A stretch of 25,939 bases of DNA, taken from positions 1 through 25,939 of the forward strand of contig JAYTHU010000188.1 of the NCBI GenBank assembly GCA_043732305.1, in the 5' to 3' direction. The notes beneath the pieces were generated by a model. It did not search any database. It saw only the letters and a program-made list of their open reading frames with translations, and had not been told where the DNA came from. Shown here piece by piece: positions 17,928 through 25,939 of this stretch (position 1 is the first letter of the stretch; the number at the start of each line of letters is the position of its first letter). The position numbers and the translations under genes are program-made. Origin of the DNA: Oligoflexia bacterium. GTDB taxonomy: Bacteria; Bdellovibrionota; Bdellovibrionia; JABDDW01.

Positions 17928-18214
17928 TGTTGATTGGAAAAGTGGTGGGCACCTGTGTGGCCACCGTTAAAGATCCAAAACTAACTGGACTGAAAATGCT
18001 TTTGGTCCAACCCACTACACCCACCGGTGAAAACAGTGGCGCCATGATTGTCGCCATTGATTCCGTGGGTGCGGGCGTCGGCGAGGTAATTCTTTTTGCT
18101 TCGGGCAGTTCTGCTCGTCAGACCGAAGCCACTAATAATAAACCCGTCGATGCCGTGATCATGGCCATTGTGGACACTCTGGTTTTAAATGACGAAGTGG
18201 CCTTTGGTAAATAA
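17927..18214 (+). CDS. BMC-P pentameric vertex protein 1 (EutN/CcmL family)
   Basis: GKVVGTCVATVK, AIDSVGAGVGE, GSSAR, PVDAVIMAIVD; TAATG overlap with BMC-H. Confidence 0.95.
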   Translation: MLIGKVVGTCVATVKDPKLTGLKMLLVQPTTPTGENSGAMIVAIDSVGAGVGEVILFASGSSARQTEATNNKPVDAVIMAIVDTLVLNDEVAFGK

Positions 18215-19592
18215 TGAAGAAATAAGTCGCCTTGTCTCCGAGGTGATGAACAAGTTAAATCAAGAATCTCCTTCTCTAATTTCAAATCGCGGAGTATTCA
18301 CCAGCATCGATCGTTGCGTGGAAGCGGCAACAGTTGCTTTTCATGAATGGTCCCGACTAAAACTTGAACATAAAAAAACGATAATTGAAAAACTTCGCCT
18401 AAAATTACGCACGCAAGTTCAATGGATGTCCGAAGAAGCAGTCAAAGAGACAGGTTTGGGACGCGTTGAAGATAAAATTAAAAAAAATCTTTTAGTCATA
18501 AACAAAACTCCTGGCCCAGAGATCTTGAAGCCTCAAGTTTTTACTGGGGACGACGGGCTCACTCTTGTAGAGTATGCACCGTTCGGAATTTTGGGTTCTA
18601 TCACTCCTACGACCAATTGCACCGAAACGATCATCAACAATACGATTAGCATTTTGTCTGCGGGAAATGCCGTTGTTTTTAATCCCCACCCCAGTGCAAA
18701 AAAAGTTTGTGCGAAAACCGTAGACGTTATCAATCAAGCTATTCAAGAAGCTGGTGGTCCCGCAAATTGTGTGACAGTCATGCGAGATCCCACAATTGAA
18801 AGCGCAAAAGAACTCATGCGCCATCCAGGCGTTAGATTGTTGGTTGTGACAGGTGGTCCTGGCGTCGTCAGAGAAGCCATGCTGAGCGGAAAAAAAACCA
18901 TCGGTGCTGGACCTGGAAATCCACCAGTGGTCGTTGATGAAACAGCTGACCTCGCCAAAGCCGCAAGAGATATTATTGCGGGCGCAAGCTTAGATAACAA
19001 TATTGTCTGCATTGTAGAAAAGGAAATTATCGCGGTCAGTGCCATTGCGGATAAGCTAATGGAATACATGAAAACTTTTGGCGCTTATAAACTTTCTAGC
19101 GAACAGACTCGACGCTTAGAAAAAGTCGTTGTTGATGGCAAATATCCAGCGAAAAAATTTGTTGGAAAAAATGCTTCCGTTATACTGAATGAAATTGGGA
19201 TTCCTGTTGGCGATGAAGTCCGTTTGATTTTCTGCGAAGTTGCAAATGAAGATCATCCCTTTGTCCAAGTGGAATTACTCATGCCGGTAATTCCGCTGGT
19301 GCGTGTGCCCAATGTTTTTGACGCCGTCCAAATGGCTAAAAGAGTAGAACATGGTTTTGGCCATACCGCCGTCATGCATTCTCGCAACATTGATAATCTC
19401 AGTCTTATGGCTCGAGAAATAAATACCAGCATTTTCGTGAAAAACGCTCCTAGCTTTGCCGGACTCGGACTTGGTGGCGAAGGATTTACTTCGATGACAA
19501 TCGCTTCTCCAACAGGAGAGGGAATGACCACCGCTGTTAGTTTTAGTCGCATCAGACGCTGCACTCTCAAAGATCATTTTAGGATCGTATGA
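18189..19592 (+). CDS. BMC-associated CoA-acylating aldehyde dehydrogenase (EutE/PduP family) with N-terminal encapsulation peptide
   Basis: ETGLGRVEDKIKKN, PFGILGSITPTTN, VTGGPGVV, GAGPGNPP, catalytic DNNIVCIVEKE, ELLMP, TIASPTGEG. N-terminal amphipathic helix EEISRLVSEVMNKL. The start may instead be TTG 18204. Confidence 0.93.
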   Translation: MTKWPLVNNEEISRLVSEVMNKLNQESPSLISNRGVFTSIDRCVEAATVAFHEWSRLKLEHKKTIIEKLRLKLRTQVQWMSEEAVKETGLGRVEDKIKKNLLVINKTPGPEILKPQVFTGDDGLTLVEYAPFGILGSITPTTNCTETIINNTISILSAGNAVVFNPHPSAKKVCAKTVDVINQAIQEAGGPANCVTVMRDPTIESAKELMRHPGVRLLVVTGGPGVVREAMLSGKKTIGAGPGNPPVVVDETADLAKAARDIIAGASLDNNIVCIVEKEIIAVSAIADKLMEYMKTFGAYKLSSEQTRRLEKVVVDGKYPAKKFVGKNASVILNEIGIPVGDEVRLIFCEVANEDHPFVQVELLMPVIPLVRVPNVFDAVQMAKRVEHGFGHTAVMHSRNIDNLSLMAREINTSIFVKNAPSFAGLGLGGEGFTSMTIASPTGEGMTTAVSFSRIRRCTLKDHFRIV

Positions 19593-20176
19593 TTTTCGGT
19601 CCGGCGGTTTTAGTATTTGAAATCTCAAGCATAGCGCTAGGCTATGCTCTGATAGATAAAGCAGTTAAAAAAGCTCCGGTCAAAATTCTTGAAGGCAGCG
19701 CACTCACTCCTGGCAAATTTTTTATTTTGCTTAATGGCGATGAAGCCAGTATCGAAGAAGCTCGCAATGAAATTAGAAATATCTCCGAAATTTCTGGCGG
19801 AAGCTTTATCCTCGACGAAGTTTACATTCCTCAGTTGCACGAACAGGTTCTGCCCGCATTGTACTCGCAGAACCGGTTTCAAGTTTCTGAAAGCGTGGCT
19901 ATTATAGAAGTGTCTACCATCGCCTCCGGCTTTTTAAGTGCAGACACCGCTCTTAAAATGGCAAATGTAAATTTAATTGACCTGCGTATTGCACGCGGGA
20001 TCGGCGGTAAATCGTTTTACTTCCTGACCGGCAAATTAGAAGAATTGCAAGCCGCCGTGGAAGCAGTCCAAAACAGTCTAGTTACTCGCGGAACATTTTT
20101 GAGATCAGAAATTGTCGCCAACCCACATCAGGATTTCCTCGCTCATTTCTTTAATCTACCTATTGAGAACTCATGA
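19589..20176 (+). CDS. BMC-T shell protein, single-layer type (PduT/HO BMC-T1-like)
   Basis: Two BMC domains: FEISSIALG...VKKAPV...PGKFFILLNGD and IIEVSTIASGFLSADTALK...LRIARGIGGKSFYFLTG; ATGA overlap with the ALDH gene. Confidence 0.92.
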   Translation: MIFGPAVLVFEISSIALGYALIDKAVKKAPVKILEGSALTPGKFFILLNGDEASIEEARNEIRNISEISGGSFILDEVYIPQLHEQVLPALYSQNRFQVSESVAIIEVSTIASGFLSADTALKMANVNLIDLRIARGIGGKSFYFLTGKLEELQAAVEAVQNSLVTRGTFLRSEIVANPHQDFLAHFFNLPIENS

Positions 20177-20198
20177 TGAATTTTGTGAGAGGTGCCGT

Positions 20199-20471
20199 AT
20201 GCATTTAGGAAAAATCGTTGGACTGTGTGTGGCTTCTCAAAAAGATCCCAGCCTCGCGGGAGTAACTCTTTTGCTTTTGCAACCTCTAGATGAAAATTTG
20301 AAAGAAGTAGGCGGTATAATTTGTGCGGCGGATCCTATCGGAGCAAGGCCCGGAGATGTCGTTACCTGGGTTGCGAGCCGTGAAGCCAGTCTGGCACTTC
20401 AAAATAAATTCGCTCCTGTTGATGCCGCCGTCGTTGGCTTGGTCGATCAAATTGGATCTCGATCCATATAG
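20199..20471 (+). CDS. BMC-P pentameric vertex protein 2
   Basis: MHLGKIVGLCVASQKD, LLLQPLD, DPIGARPGD, ASREA, PVDAAVVGLVD; GAGAGGTG ribosome-binding site before ATG 20199. Confidence 0.93.
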   Translation: MHLGKIVGLCVASQKDPSLAGVTLLLLQPLDENLKEVGGIICAADPIGARPGDVVTWVASREASLALQNKFAPVDAAVVGLVDQIGSRSI

Positions 20472-20542
20472 AACTTTAAAAATTAAAAACTGAACCGATC
20501 GGCATTTCTGCCAGGAATGCGGATGATCTCATCGTTGGGTCT

Positions 20543-20567
20543 GGGACCGTTAGTAAAGTACGGTCCC
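20543..20567. terminator. Stem-loop between convergent genes, possible terminator
   Basis: Perfect 8-bp inverted repeat GGGACCGT / ACGGTCCC with a 9-nt loop; only a weak U-tract (GCTTT) on the + strand. Confidence 0.35.
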
Positions 20568-20718
20568 GCTTTCCGAGTCGGAATGATTATTACGACTGCC
20601 GTGTTTGACAACCGCATTTTCTCCAAACGATAATTTTTCAGTCCAGAAAACCAAGCAATGAAATGTATGCACGTTCTTAAAATTTTTGTATAAATTTTTT
20701 TAAAGAAAGTCAGTGGTT

Positions 20719-21723
20719 TTAGTGAGCGGATCCCGACGGAGCATTTTTAAATGCACGCTGGAAATTGTCCCGTTGCTTTTCATCGGCGGCTGTCGTGGCA
20801 TCACAGGCTTCAACTGAAAAGTCGTCTCTAATTTTTCCGGACTCATCCTTAAGTTTGCCTGATTCCAAAACGTACTCCTGAAAACTGCGGGGAGTTTTAC
20901 TCGAAGGCACCGTCGACACGACGGAACTATTAATCTCAACTTTGTAATCGTATCTACCATCCAGACTAAACGCCACCATTGGGTCATTGATTCCAATAAT
21001 ATGAACAAGCCTGGCTTTAAGTTCTAAATTGGTAATAGATATTTTTTGAGCTGCTCTTTCAGTACTCACGACAGGAACATCGAGATAAATCACAAGTCGA
21101 AGATTTTTAGTAGTGTCAGGATGATTGACCGGCACAGTAAAAGATTGAGAAGCAGCGTTAAATTTAAAACCAGGCATTTCTATAGCTAACGATTTCTCAA
21201 CTTGAACATTAACTTTTCCCATCAACTCGAGACCACTCAGTTGCTGATACGTTACAATTGCACGTTGGACACTTCTATTTTTCAAACACTCTGGAGATAA
21301 AATTTTAATTTTGCCGAAAGTATCTATGGCCCGATCGGTTTCGTTACAAACATCCGCGCTCTTAACACCATCGACCGCGAGCTGCAGGCCATTGAAATTT
21401 TTCGATGCTTCTTTGAGTAACGCTTCGGCGCCGCCCATTTGCTTCAATATTTCCATTTGTTTGACGAGTACCTTCTTCAGAAGTTCTCGAGCATTGGCGT
21501 TTTGGGATTTTTGAAAATCATCCATGGCTTTTTCTTGCTCTGTGAGTTTTTGTTCAGCCTGAATTTGAATGCTTAAATTATAATTTTTCCAGTAATTAGC
21601 TCTTACGGTTTGAAATGTTTTGCATAAAGTGGCAACGCTTAGATTTGCAGGCGCTTCAATGTCATCTGCGTGAAGCGAAGAAGTGACTAGAAAAAAGGTG
21701 GATAGAAATAGCAAAATTTTCAT
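20719..21723 (-). CDS. Hypothetical secreted protein
   Basis: 334-aa ORF; signal peptide MKILLFLSTFFLVTSSLHA; helical N-terminal half, beta-rich C-terminal half, 4 Cys; no recognised family motif. Confidence 0.8.
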   Translation of the reverse strand: MKILLFLSTFFLVTSSLHADDIEAPANLSVATLCKTFQTVRANYWKNYNLSIQIQAEQKLTEQEKAMDDFQKSQNANARELLKKVLVKQMEILKQMGGAEALLKEASKNFNGLQLAVDGVKSADVCNETDRAIDTFGKIKILSPECLKNRSVQRAIVTYQQLSGLELMGKVNVQVEKSLAIEMPGFKFNAASQSFTVPVNHPDTTKNLRLVIYLDVPVVSTERAAQKISITNLELKARLVHIIGINDPMVAFSLDGRYDYKVEINSSVVSTVPSSKTPRSFQEYVLESGKLKDESGKIRDDFSVEACDATTAADEKQRDNFQRAFKNAPSGSAH

Positions 21724-21762
21724 AAATTATTTCTCATTCATTTCATTATCACTCTCTAATAA

Positions 21763-22044
21763 TTAAACAGCAAGGTCCGGGACGTGAATCTGGTCTACGA
21801 TACCTGTTATCACTGAGTTCACTGGCGCTTGGTCCAGATTCCAAATCTGCCGACAACCGTTACCTTCGCGACAAATAATAACTAAATCTCCTGGGCCGGC
21901 CTGTGTATCATCAAAGGCTAAAAAAGTAGCGCCGCTGGGGCTCAGTTTTTCATCAACAGGCTGCACCACAAAAATTTTCCTTCCGCGAAAACTTTCATCC
22001 TTAACTGTACAAACTACTGATTCGATAACTTGTGCTAAAATCAT
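21763..22044 (-). CDS. BMC-P pentameric vertex protein 3 (divergent)
   Basis: MILAQVIESVVCTVK, VVQPVD, DDTQAGPGD, EGNGCRQI, PVNSVITGIVD; GGAG just upstream. Confidence 0.9.
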   Translation of the reverse strand: MILAQVIESVVCTVKDESFRGRKIFVVQPVDEKLSPSGATFLAFDDTQAGPGDLVIICREGNGCRQIWNLDQAPVNSVITGIVDQIHVPDLAV

Positions 22045-22142
22045 TCTCCATAATTATCACGAAACCTCCGCAAACCCAAATAGAGATTGACTCACAATGG
22101 GATTTTTTCTCTAATAATTATGGAAAAAAAGGGGAAAAATAT

Positions 22143-23537
22143 ATGTGGTTCCAATCTCGCACCAGCGTTTTATTCTGTCTCTTAGGCTTAGCGGTTCTCA
22201 CAATTGCGGCATGCGAGGAAGTAGACGATCAGAGCAAAATGACTCAGGCGCAGTTTGCTTTTGTAAATCCAAAACCAACCTCCAGAAACTTCGTGGCGAA
22301 TAACGCTCGCCACAAAATTTTAATGGCCGTTATTGATTCTGGAACCGATTACAACCACCCACTTATATTAAATAATATTCATTTCACGCTTGATAGTCAT
22401 GGCGAGCCCACCGGCGCCGGCTACGATTTTATTGGCCAAGACACTTGGCCCGCCCCCTATGTAGCTAGAACGGCAGACATTAACCCCGCCGCCGACATTT
22501 CAACTAAAACCAGAACTGCACTCGGACGCACCAACGCACAAAATGCTCAGAAACTTTTTCCGGAACTTTCTAGATTTTTTGAATCAGAAAGAAATTTAGA
22601 ACAAGAACATTCAGAAGAAGCATTTCATGGAACCCATGTGAGCGGGCTGATGGTTTATGACGAACCTGCTCTTGGCCTTATGAGCTTTCGCGTTCTCCCC
22701 ACCAACATTGTTATGAATCAGTTCATCGACAAAGAAAAAGTGGTTTATGAGAATATTTTTAGAGCTCTCGAAATGGCGACAGCTTCCGGGGCAAGAGTAA
22801 TCAACATGTCTCTGGCGATAGTAAAAAAACGCCAAGGCGGTGGAGGCACGAGTGCAAGTTCAGCTGAGGATTTGCAAAAGCAAATTTTGCGTACCGCTCG
22901 CCTGAAAGCTTTCGTAAAAAAGCATCCAGACGTTGTTTTTGTGGCGGCGGCTGGAAATGAAAATGGTTGGGTCGATGGTGATTCTGTCGTGCAACTCCCT
23001 TGCGGTGTCGCCGAAGCAAACGTCTTGTGTGTGGGTGCAACCGATGCCGGAAATAAATTAGCTTCATTCTCAAACATCATTCTTGCCGGGGGCCCTTACT
23101 TGGCAGCTCCAGGCGTAGATATTTTATCTCTTTACCCATCAAAAATGTGTGACGACGCTTCTGTGGAAGCGCTAAACAACCCCGATCAAGAATCCAGTTT
23201 TTTTAGTTATCTCGGCCTAAAATGCAAAGCTGAAACTGGCTTGAAGCTCGCATCTGGAACGTCTATGGCATCCCCACTAGCGGCAAGAGCCATTGGGAAA
23301 GTTTTGCTAGATCAGCCCCTGCTTTCTGGAGATCAAGCGATTCAAAAGCTAATAAGCTCAGGCGAAAAATTAATGTTGGGGTCACTAGCACTCACTCGAA
23401 TTCGATTTGAAAAACCATCCTGGTATCAATCGACAAAACCCGCCTCTCTAAATTTATCCGAAGAAGGCTTAAACGAACGATCTCGTGGCAAAAAACAATA
23501 TTTCAATTTTTACACAGTCACCCCACGCGCCCATTGA
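22143..23537 (+). CDS. S8 family (subtilisin-like) serine peptidase, predicted lipoprotein
   Basis: Catalytic triad AVIDSG, HGTHVSG, SGTSMASP; oxyanion AAAGNE; lipobox IAAC after a hydrophobic stretch. Start placed at ATG 22143. Confidence 0.93.
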   Translation: MWFQSRTSVLFCLLGLAVLTIAACEEVDDQSKMTQAQFAFVNPKPTSRNFVANNARHKILMAVIDSGTDYNHPLILNNIHFTLDSHGEPTGAGYDFIGQDTWPAPYVARTADINPAADISTKTRTALGRTNAQNAQKLFPELSRFFESERNLEQEHSEEAFHGTHVSGLMVYDEPALGLMSFRVLPTNIVMNQFIDKEKVVYENIFRALEMATASGARVINMSLAIVKKRQGGGGTSASSAEDLQKQILRTARLKAFVKKHPDVVFVAAAGNENGWVDGDSVVQLPCGVAEANVLCVGATDAGNKLASFSNIILAGGPYLAAPGVDILSLYPSKMCDDASVEALNNPDQESSFFSYLGLKCKAETGLKLASGTSMASPLAARAIGKVLLDQPLLSGDQAIQKLISSGEKLMLGSLALTRIRFEKPSWYQSTKPASLNLSEEGLNERSRGKKQYFNFYTVTPRAH

Positions 23538-23651
23538 CGCCTCGACGAGGCCGCGGATCTTGGCAGCCTGACATAAGCAGACCAAGGTCTGGCGAAATAT
23601 TTTCACCCGCGATTTGGTTCTGACGGCTCCCAAAATTCTTGTTAAGCTTAT

Positions 23652-24491
23652 GTGATGAGACCCAAGGACGGCGTCGAAAAATTCAAAGAAAAAATAATTC
23701 AAAGCCAGGCGGGCCAAGCGCTATTGGAATATATTCTTCTTTTAGTTATCGCTCTCGGACTATTGGGCGGGATTATTTATCAATTCAATACTGCGTTTCA
23801 AAAATACGCTAATGCTTATTTCGTGGGGTCAGGTAGTTACTTAGGTTGCCTAGTAAAGAATGGAATTCTTCCCGATGGCGGAGATAACTCCGAGGCATGT
23901 CAAAAGCCTTCGTTCAATCTACAAGTAGGGCAAATCAAACCAGGATCAGGCGCAAGTTCCGGTGGTAGCAGCCCGGGGAAAAAGTCTCCTTCTAACGGCG
24001 AACATGCATCTTCCACCGCGGGAGCCGGAGGCTCAAGTGGAAGAGCCAACGAACATTCTTCAGGTCTAATTCCCATCAACAGCAGTAGTGGCAAAGGAGC
24101 TTTGGCCGCAGCTGCGAAATCTGCAGAAAAGCCGGGGGCAACCGGAAGCGATGGCTACAGCACTAGCGCCCAACAAGGCGAAGGCTGGGAAGGAAACCAT
24201 AGCTCTTCGCGTGGCAGTTCACGCCGGCGGGCGATGGTCGAAGCTGATGACCAAGAATGGGGAAACAAAAAACAAAATGTCACCGTTCCGGCGAATAATA
24301 AAGATTTGGTGGCTGCGAGGGACCCCGCATTTGAAAAAAGTAAGAGGATACAAGGTGTTAACGGTGAAGCCGACACAACTTTTAGTTTCGGCAACATATT
24401 AAAGTACCTTCTAATTGCGGCTATTGTTTTCATGATCATTTTCTTTCTCGGGTCACAAGTTGTGGCCGTCACCAGAAGTCGTCGCAAGTAA
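23652..24491 (+). CDS. Flp/TadE-like prepilin-motif protein with G/S-rich linker and C-terminal TM segment
   Basis: Class III signal G/QALLEYILLLVIALGLL (Glu+5, Tyr+6), a Cys pair (YLGCLVKNG...EAC), low-complexity middle, C-terminal ILKYLLIAAIVFMIIFFLG followed by SRRK. Exact start uncertain. Confidence 0.75.
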   Translation: MMRPKDGVEKFKEKIIQSQAGQALLEYILLLVIALGLLGGIIYQFNTAFQKYANAYFVGSGSYLGCLVKNGILPDGGDNSEACQKPSFNLQVGQIKPGSGASSGGSSPGKKSPSNGEHASSTAGAGGSSGRANEHSSGLIPINSSSGKGALAAAAKSAEKPGATGSDGYSTSAQQGEGWEGNHSSSRGSSRRRAMVEADDQEWGNKKQNVTVPANNKDLVAARDPAFEKSKRIQGVNGEADTTFSFGNILKYLLIAAIVFMIIFFLGSQVVAVTRSRRK

Positions 24492-24591
24492 TTTTCTGTA
24501 AGCAGTAGAAACAATACAATTCAAATATAATTTGTTGAGAATTTTAGAAATTGGGAACGATACTCAGTTGGGGAAAACAAGGGGGTGGAAT

Positions 24592-25002
24592 ATGGGGAGC
24601 GTATTTCCGTTTAATCTAAAGAGAGTTCTTACTCTCAGAGAAGCAAGACAGCTTCTTCCGATCGTCAAGAAAGTAACTGAGGAATCAAGACAGAAGGTAA
24701 ATCAGATTTTACCAATTCTTGAAGCCCTTGGTGAAGAAACAAGCGAAAAAAGAAAAGCACTGGAAAAAGATATAAATCTTCTTGTCGACCAATGGCAATC
24801 CAAAGTTGAAAAACTTGGTGGAGAACCCAAAGGATTATGGCTTGTAGATTTTGACTGCGGTGTCGGTTATTTTTGCTGGAAATTTCCAGAAAACAGTCTC
24901 GGTTTTTTTCATGGCTATACGGAAGGTTTCAAATCTCGTATTCGTTTAGACGAGAATTTTGATATTGTTCACTGTGAGCCTGCAAACGTGCTCAGGATTT
25001 AA
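24592..25002 (+). CDS. DUF2203-like protein
   Basis: LTLREARQLLPIVKK, coiled coil, KGLWLVDF, YFCWKFPE, FFHGYTEGFKSR pattern; GGGGGTGG ribosome-binding site before ATG 24592. Confidence 0.8.
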   Translation: MGSVFPFNLKRVLTLREARQLLPIVKKVTEESRQKVNQILPILEALGEETSEKRKALEKDINLLVDQWQSKVEKLGGEPKGLWLVDFDCGVGYFCWKFPENSLGFFHGYTEGFKSRIRLDENFDIVHCEPANVLRI

Positions 25003-25005
25003 TCT

Positions 25006-25935
25006 TTAGTTCAAAGGCAGTGGGACTATCTGACCAGATGGTCCCATGGTCTTAAGAGTGGGGAAGCCCATGCTTTCCATTTGCTTGGGCACTGGGAATA
25101 TCAAGAGCCTACCAGGGTTTGAACCTTCATCTGGTCCCATGCCTACGTCAATCTTGATAAATCTACCACCGAAACTTCTGATTTCAGTTGGTTGTCCGAA
25201 CGCTTGATTTTGATTTCCGAATACCACTCCGGCAAAATTATTGAAGATCAATCGTCGAGAAAGAAGTTCGATGATTTTGGGATCTTTCCACCAATCTTTT
25301 GCCGTTAAAACAGAACCAGATCCTAAAATCACTTTGTCTGAGTATTTATCCTGACTCAAAAGAATTTTTGTCACATAGGAAAACTGCGGCCAAGTCACCT
25401 CAGGATATAGCCCAGATGAAATAAACAACCAGTGCCCAATTTTTGCTGCAATAGGAAGTGATCTCAGAAAAGTTCCTGGCGTGGTGACTCCGACCGGAGC
25501 CACAGGACTAATAAATTGAGTTGCCGTCAGATTCAATTTTTTGAGGTCCGCTTTCAATCCGTCATTCTTGTAATTCACCGGATCTGCCAGCAGTCGAGCT
25601 TCTTCCTCGCCCAAAAGAACAACCACTTGTCCGCCAGAAAGTTTGGCTTGTTGGGTGAGTAGGATTATAAAATTAATGACGGCCACGTTATCCGGCCCCT
25701 GCCCAATGAAGTTTCCCTCAATAAGCAGGAGTGATTTTCCGCCACGCCACATTCCGCCATCGGAGATGAGGTTTGTTCCTAAAAGTAAGGAATAAAAGTT
25801 TTTATACATTCCCCTAGGTCCGGCCATTGCCACAACGTTCGTATACGTTCCGGGCTCGACAATGTCGATGACTCCTGGATTTGGATAGAAAATGGCGTTG
25901 GGGTCAGGCGAAGGAACCGTTGATAGAGACCTCAT
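25006..25935 (-). CDS. Shewanella-like (Shelph) metallophosphoesterase homologue with degenerate active site; possibly 5'-truncated by the window edge
   Basis: Scaffold motifs WRGG, QQAKLSGGQVVVLLG, FLRSLPIAAKIG and IKIDVGM are retained while the metal-binding motifs are substituted. The frame is still open at the window end. Confidence 0.78.
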   Translation of the reverse strand: MRSLSTVPSPDPNAIFYPNPGVIDIVEPGTYTNVVAMAGPRGMYKNFYSLLLGTNLISDGGMWRGGKSLLLIEGNFIGQGPDNVAVINFIILLTQQAKLSGGQVVVLLGEEEARLLADPVNYKNDGLKADLKKLNLTATQFISPVAPVGVTTPGTFLRSLPIAAKIGHWLFISSGLYPEVTWPQFSYVTKILLSQDKYSDKVILGSGSVLTAKDWWKDPKIIELLSRRLIFNNFAGVVFGNQNQAFGQPTEIRSFGGRFIKIDVGMGPDEGSNPGRLLIFPVPKQMESMGFPTLKTMGPSGQIVPLPLN

Positions 25936-25939
25936 ATCC

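Noticed and set aside
11777..20471. Homogentisate pathway as the BMC's cargo pathway
   Set aside because: The pathway yields fumarate and acetoacetate with no aldehyde intermediate. The enzymes show no encapsulation peptides, and two unrelated genes separate the clusters.
16977..22044. Calling the BMC a carboxysome, Eut or Pdu compartment
   Set aside because: No RuBisCO, carbonic anhydrase, ethanolamine ammonia-lyase, diol dehydratase or glycyl-radical enzyme in the window, so eut/pdu gene symbols were withheld.

Overview
AT-rich bacterial window; gene content and the many signal-peptide hypotheticals suggest Bdellovibrionota/Oligoflexia (inference only). (1) 319-9851: a minus-strand pair encoding a RavA/MoxR-type AAA+ ATPase and a vWA (MIDAS) protein, both unexpectedly carrying Sec-type signal peptides. 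It diverges from four translationally coupled, diverged paralogous membrane proteins, with relics of additional copies at both ends of the array. (2) 9858-15334: KimA/YdaO-like APC transporter, a fumarylacetoacetate hydrolase-hmgA-flavin reductase cluster, and a FecR-domain protein. (3) 16977-22044: a bacterial microcompartment locus resembling the Haliangium ochraceum (HO) type: BMC-Tdp, BMC-H, BMC-P, CoA-acylating aldehyde dehydrogenase with an encapsulation peptide, BMC-Ts and two more BMC-P genes. No signature enzyme is present in the window. (4) 22143-25935: S8 subtilase lipoprotein, a Flp/TadE-like prepilin with a C-terminal membrane anchor, a DUF2203-like protein, and a Shewanella-like phosphatase homologue that has lost its metal-binding residues. 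No rRNA, tRNA, CRISPR array or mobile element was recognised. All family calls come from motif recognition by eye; no database search was run.
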